DNA of 64,000 nt, taken from Clostridiales bacterium. Its GTDB lineage: Bacteria > Bacillota > Clostridia > Monoglobales > WRBX01. This document shows positions 60,587 through 64,000 of this stretch, piece by piece. The position numbers were made by a program, and so were the translations under genes. The first letter of the stretch is position 1. Each line of letters begins with the position of its first letter. The stretch covers positions 26,924 to 90,923 of the forward strand of contig JAISIR010000003.1 in NCBI GenBank assembly GCA_031261985.1. The letters are read 5' to 3'. Under the pieces are notes generated by a model that ran no database searches, had not been told where the DNA came from, and worked only from the letters and a program-made list of their open reading frames with translations.

Positions 60587-63376
60587 ATGCCAGATTTAAC
60601 AAAACTACCTCGAAACCATTCTAACCATGTGCAAGGCGCAGGGATAGGTACAAATGGCAAGCTCGAGGCAAACAAACATCTTTTAAATAATCCGCTAAAA
60701 AAAGGAGCTAAAAAAACTCCTCAATCTAAAAAAACTATACCTAAATCCTCGCAGGATACCGTGCCATATAAACGCATTCTGCCCGATGGTGTAGTGTACC
60801 TTGGCGGTAATAAATATTGCAAAAGTATTAGTTTTACAGATATTAACTACCAAATTGCGCGTCAAGAGGACCAAGAGAATATCTTTATTCGTTATGGCGA
60901 GTTTTTAAACTCGTTCGATGTATCTACCGGCGTGCAAATTACCATTGTAAACAAAGCCATGAACCGCGCTAAGTTCGAGAAGGATATGATGGTTAAGTAC
61001 CGTCACGACTTTTTAGACCACTTGCGCGAAGAGTATAACCAAATGCTTAAAAAGCAGATGACTCAAGGTAGTAACGAAATAGAACGCGAGAAGTTTGTCA
61101 CCCTAAGCATAACTGCTAAAGATGACGAAAAAGCTGTTGCCACTTTAACTAGGCTAGAGAACGAAACTATCGCTAACCTTAAAAAGCTAGGCAGTAAGGG
61201 CGAGAGCGTTGGGGTTAAAAAACGTATCGAGCTATTGCACGAGTTCTTCCGCCCGCTCGATTTACAAAGCACTAAAATAGATTACGACCGCTTGCAAGAG
61301 CAAGGTATAACAACCAAAGACCTTATCGCACCCGATAGCTTCTCGTTTAAACGCAATTACTTTATGATGGGCGAGAAATACGCGCGTGCGTTATATGTTA
61401 ACCAGCTTCCTAGCTTTTTAAGCGATAAATTTATAGCATCAATGACCGAGAACGCTATCCAAATGATGCTTACCATGAATATTAAAAATATCAACCCCGA
61501 AGAAGCACTTCGTATAGTTAGGCACCAAATAACGGGCATGGAAACTAATAAAATAGACCAGCAAAAAAAGGCGTTACGCTCGGGCTACGATATGACCATG
61601 ATTTCGCACGATTTAAAACACAGTCTAGACGAAGCCGAAGAGTTGCTAGACGACCTTATCAATAAAAACCAAAAGATGTTCTTAACTAATATAGTTATCG
61701 TCCACACAGCCGATACTTTAGAGCAGCTAAATGGTGATACCGATACGCTAATGTCTACTGGGCGTAAAGCCTTGTGTAACCTAGGCGTGCTTAACTTCCA
61801 GCAAGAGCAAGGAATGAACTCTGCTCTGCCACTTGGAATCAACACTATCCACGCAACTCGAAGCCTAACAACCGAGAGCACCGCTGTGTTTATGCCTTTT
61901 ACCTCGCAAGAGCTTATGCAAAAAGATGGTATGTACTATGGTCTTAATGCGGTTTCTAAAAACTTGCTAATGTTTAACCGCAAGCACCTTAAAAACCCTA
62001 GCGGATTCATCTTGGGTACTCCTGGTAGTGGTAAATCGTTTAGTGCTAAGCGCGAGATGGTTAATGTATTGCTTAACACCGACGATGACGTGCTAATTAT
62101 CGACCCCGAGCGCGAGTATACACCTGTCGCTCAAAACTTCCGTGGCACGCTAATCAATATTTCTACATCTAGTCAAAACTATATTAACCCAATGGATATG
62201 ACATCCGACTACTCAGACGACGAGAACCCGGTTGTCTTAAAGTCCGAGTTTATACTATCGCTTTGCGAAACATTGCTTGGCGGTAACGTAGGGCTATCGG
62301 GTACCGAGCGTACAATTATCGACCGTTGCGTGCGTAACGTGTATGCCGAGTATATACAAGACTTTAACCAAGACAAAATCCCTACCCTGTTAGACTTCCA
62401 ATTAATGCTAGAACGTCAGCCCGAGCCAGAAGCCCGCGGCATTGCCCTAGCGTTAGAGATTTATACTAAAGGTAGTCTTTCCATCTTTGCTAACAAAAGT
62501 AACGTTAACTTGGCTAACCGCCTAGTAGTATTCGATATTAAAGACCTAGGCAAGCAGCTTAAAACAATGGGTATGCTTATTGTGCTAGATGCTATCTGGA
62601 ACCGCATCACCACCAACCGATTAAGCGGCAAACGCACATGGATATACATGGATGAGATTTACCTACTATTCACTAACGAGCATTCGGCGCAATTCTTGTT
62701 CGAGCTATACAAGCGCGCGCGTAAGTGGGGTGGTATTCCAACAGGTATCACGCAGAACGTAGAGGATTTATTACAATCCGATTTAGCTAGGCGTATGCTT
62801 TCAAACTCCGACTTTTTGCTTATGCTTAACCAAGCAGGGCCCGATAGAATTGAGCTTGCAAACTTGCTTAATATATCTAATACTCAGCTAAGTTATGTAA
62901 CCAATGCAGATGCAGGTCAAGGCTTGCTATTTAGTGGTGACGCAATCATTCCATTTGTCGATAAGTTCCCAACTAATACCAAGCTATATCACATGATGAC
63001 AACTAAGCCAGAGGAAGTTGAGGCTAATAAGGTATCGGCAACTGGTATGAACAATACACCGGTAGATAGTAACAATGGCGATAGTGGCAATAACGCGCAG
63101 CCAGGCGCGGGCGATGCAAGCGCAGAATCGCTTATACCTAATAAATTTAGGCCAAAAGGCCCTGGTATAGGTCACGCGGCAACATCTGCTAAAACTGCAA
63201 TGGACGGGCTAGATGTAAGCCAGTTTATCCCTGGCGCGGCGGTGCCAACTACTCCTGTTATTGGCGCACCAAGCGAAGGCGGGGGGACAGCGGCTACACC
63301 TGCAACCGATGCTAATCCATTTATCCAAAAACTAAAAGATAACCCTAATATACCAAAGCCGGATAGTAATAATTAA
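60587..63376 (+). CDS. VirB4-family conjugal transfer ATPase with a low-complexity C-terminal tail
   Basis: Walker A 'GTPGSGKSF', Walker B 'WIYMDEIY' and 'GIPTGITQN'. The last ~120 aa are Gly/Ala/Pro/Asn-rich. Confidence 0.85.
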   Translation: MPDLTKLPRNHSNHVQGAGIGTNGKLEANKHLLNNPLKKGAKKTPQSKKTIPKSSQDTVPYKRILPDGVVYLGGNKYCKSISFTDINYQIARQEDQENIFIRYGEFLNSFDVSTGVQITIVNKAMNRAKFEKDMMVKYRHDFLDHLREEYNQMLKKQMTQGSNEIEREKFVTLSITAKDDEKAVATLTRLENETIANLKKLGSKGESVGVKKRIELLHEFFRPLDLQSTKIDYDRLQEQGITTKDLIAPDSFSFKRNYFMMGEKYARALYVNQLPSFLSDKFIASMTENAIQMMLTMNIKNINPEEALRIVRHQITGMETNKIDQQKKALRSGYDMTMISHDLKHSLDEAEELLDDLINKNQKMFLTNIVIVHTADTLEQLNGDTDTLMSTGRKALCNLGVLNFQQEQGMNSALPLGINTIHATRSLTTESTAVFMPFTSQELMQKDGMYYGLNAVSKNLLMFNRKHLKNPSGFILGTPGSGKSFSAKREMVNVLLNTDDDVLIIDPEREYTPVAQNFRGTLINISTSSQNYINPMDMTSDYSDDENPVVLKSEFILSLCETLLGGNVGLSGTERTIIDRCVRNVYAEYIQDFNQDKIPTLLDFQLMLERQPEPEARGIALALEIYTKGSLSIFANKSNVNLANRLVVFDIKDLGKQLKTMGMLIVLDAIWNRITTNRLSGKRTWIYMDEIYLLFTNEHSAQFLFELYKRARKWGGIPTGITQNVEDLLQSDLARRMLSNSDFLLMLNQAGPDRIELANLLNISNTQLSYVTNADAGQGLLFSGDAIIPFVDKFPTNTKLYHMMTTKPEEVEANKVSATGMNNTPVDSNNGDSGNNAQPGAGDASAESLIPNKFRPKGPGIGHAATSAKTAMDGLDVSQFIPGAAVPTTPVIGAPSEGGGTAATPATDANPFIQKLKDNPNIPKPDSNN

Positions 63377-63475
63377 GAAACAAGCCAGAAATAATGATAA
63401 ATTTGAGCATAGCGAAAATTTATTGCATTAACTTTTCACTCTTCATTCTTCACTTTTTTAAAAGGGGGTGTTCCC

Positions 63476-64000
63476 ATGGCTACTTATAAAAACGGAAAGA
63501 ATAAAAGTAAAGAGCACTTGGGAAGCGGCGACACCTCTAAAACGCCTCCACCCAAAGATACCACCAAATCAGGCGGCAGCACCAAAAGTACGGGATCTCT
63601 TAATAAAAAAGAGCCTAAAGAAGCTAAAGAGCCAAAGGGCAGCACATCCACTCGCTCTTCTGGCGGCTCATACGATAATACTCATATCGATACCTCTAAA
63701 ATAGCCGACCAAGTACGCGAGAAAGTTGGCAAGTCTTATCAAGAACAAGCAGCCGAGCGCGCAGCAGCAACACGTTCTAAAGAATCCACCTCTAGCAGCT
63801 CATCACGCTCAAGTTCGTCGCGTTCAAGCTCTTATAATCGCTCCAGCACGCCCGAACGTTCAAGCTCTAGCTATGGTTCTTCTAGCGGTTCAGGCTCACG
63901 TGGGAGTAAATCGACTAGCTCATTAAATAGTAAAGAAACAAAGGCACCCAAGCAATCTCGGGCGCCTAAAAGTGTTGCAGAAGTTGCCGAATCAAAAGTA
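63476..64000 (+). CDS. Partial ORF (runs off the window), Ser/Lys-rich disordered N-terminus; absent from the ORF track
   Basis: ATG at 63476 after AAGGGGGTG. 175 codons without a stop: MATYKNGKNKSKEHLGSGDTSKTPPPKD...SSSSRSSSSRSSSYNRSS. In an ICE this position often holds a cell-wall hydrolase, but no catalytic domain is visible yet. Confidence 0.5.
   Translation, partial: MATYKNGKNKSKEHLGSGDTSKTPPPKDTTKSGGSTKSTGSLNKKEPKEAKEPKGSTSTRSSGGSYDNTHIDTSKIADQVREKVGKSYQEQAAERAAATRSKESTSSSSSRSSSSRSSSYNRSSTPERSSSSYGSSSGSGSRGSKSTSSLNSKETKAPKQSRAPKSVAEVAESKV

Overview
This is a low-GC chromosomal segment from an endospore-forming Firmicute: spoIIAA-spoIIAB-sigF is present and dnaA lies in the window. All functional calls come from motifs read by eye in the supplied translations and DNA. 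No database search, HMM or folding program was run.

Gene content in order:
- rimM, a membrane-anchored SpoVK-like AAA+ ATPase, the spoIIA operon and hemW.
- tRNA-Lys, then trmD fused to a degenerate NadD-like half domain.
- A collagen-like protein, rplU-rpmA, rny, rpmB and dnaA.
- Envelope and surface genes, including a 1256-aa SLH/GLUG-like protein.
- A vWA / J-domain operon.
- An accessory island (about 27.3-41.3 kb, centred in the window) that ends at tRNA-Cys.
- tRNA-Cys, tRNA-Gly and tRNA(CAU).
- A cysteine cluster: cysS, a C-S lyase fusion, iscS, cysE and cysK.
- From about 50.4 kb, a Firmicute ICE-type conjugation module: T4CP, five Maff2-like paralogues, VirB6-like, PrgI-like and VirB4 genes.

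The island carries candidate anti-phage cassettes:
- a TIR protein + membrane-anchored HNH nuclease + membrane protein operon;
- two proteins with Rx4H HEPN motifs;
- an AbiH/SIR2-like protein;
- a free-standing HNH nuclease;
- an IS3-family transposase.
Five cassettes are each preceded by a copy of one ~46-bp promoter+RBS module.

Top candidates for novelty:
1. The TIR / TM-HNH / TM operon and the cassette array around it.
2. An unannotated 27-codon leader ORF with 8 Cys codons, with a terminator/antiterminator/anti-antiterminator, upstream of cysE-cysK.
3. A small GIY-YIG nuclease gene nested inside a palindromic REP/MITE-like element that also exists as a gene-less copy.

Intergenic DNA throughout the window is packed with modular, nested hairpin repeat families.
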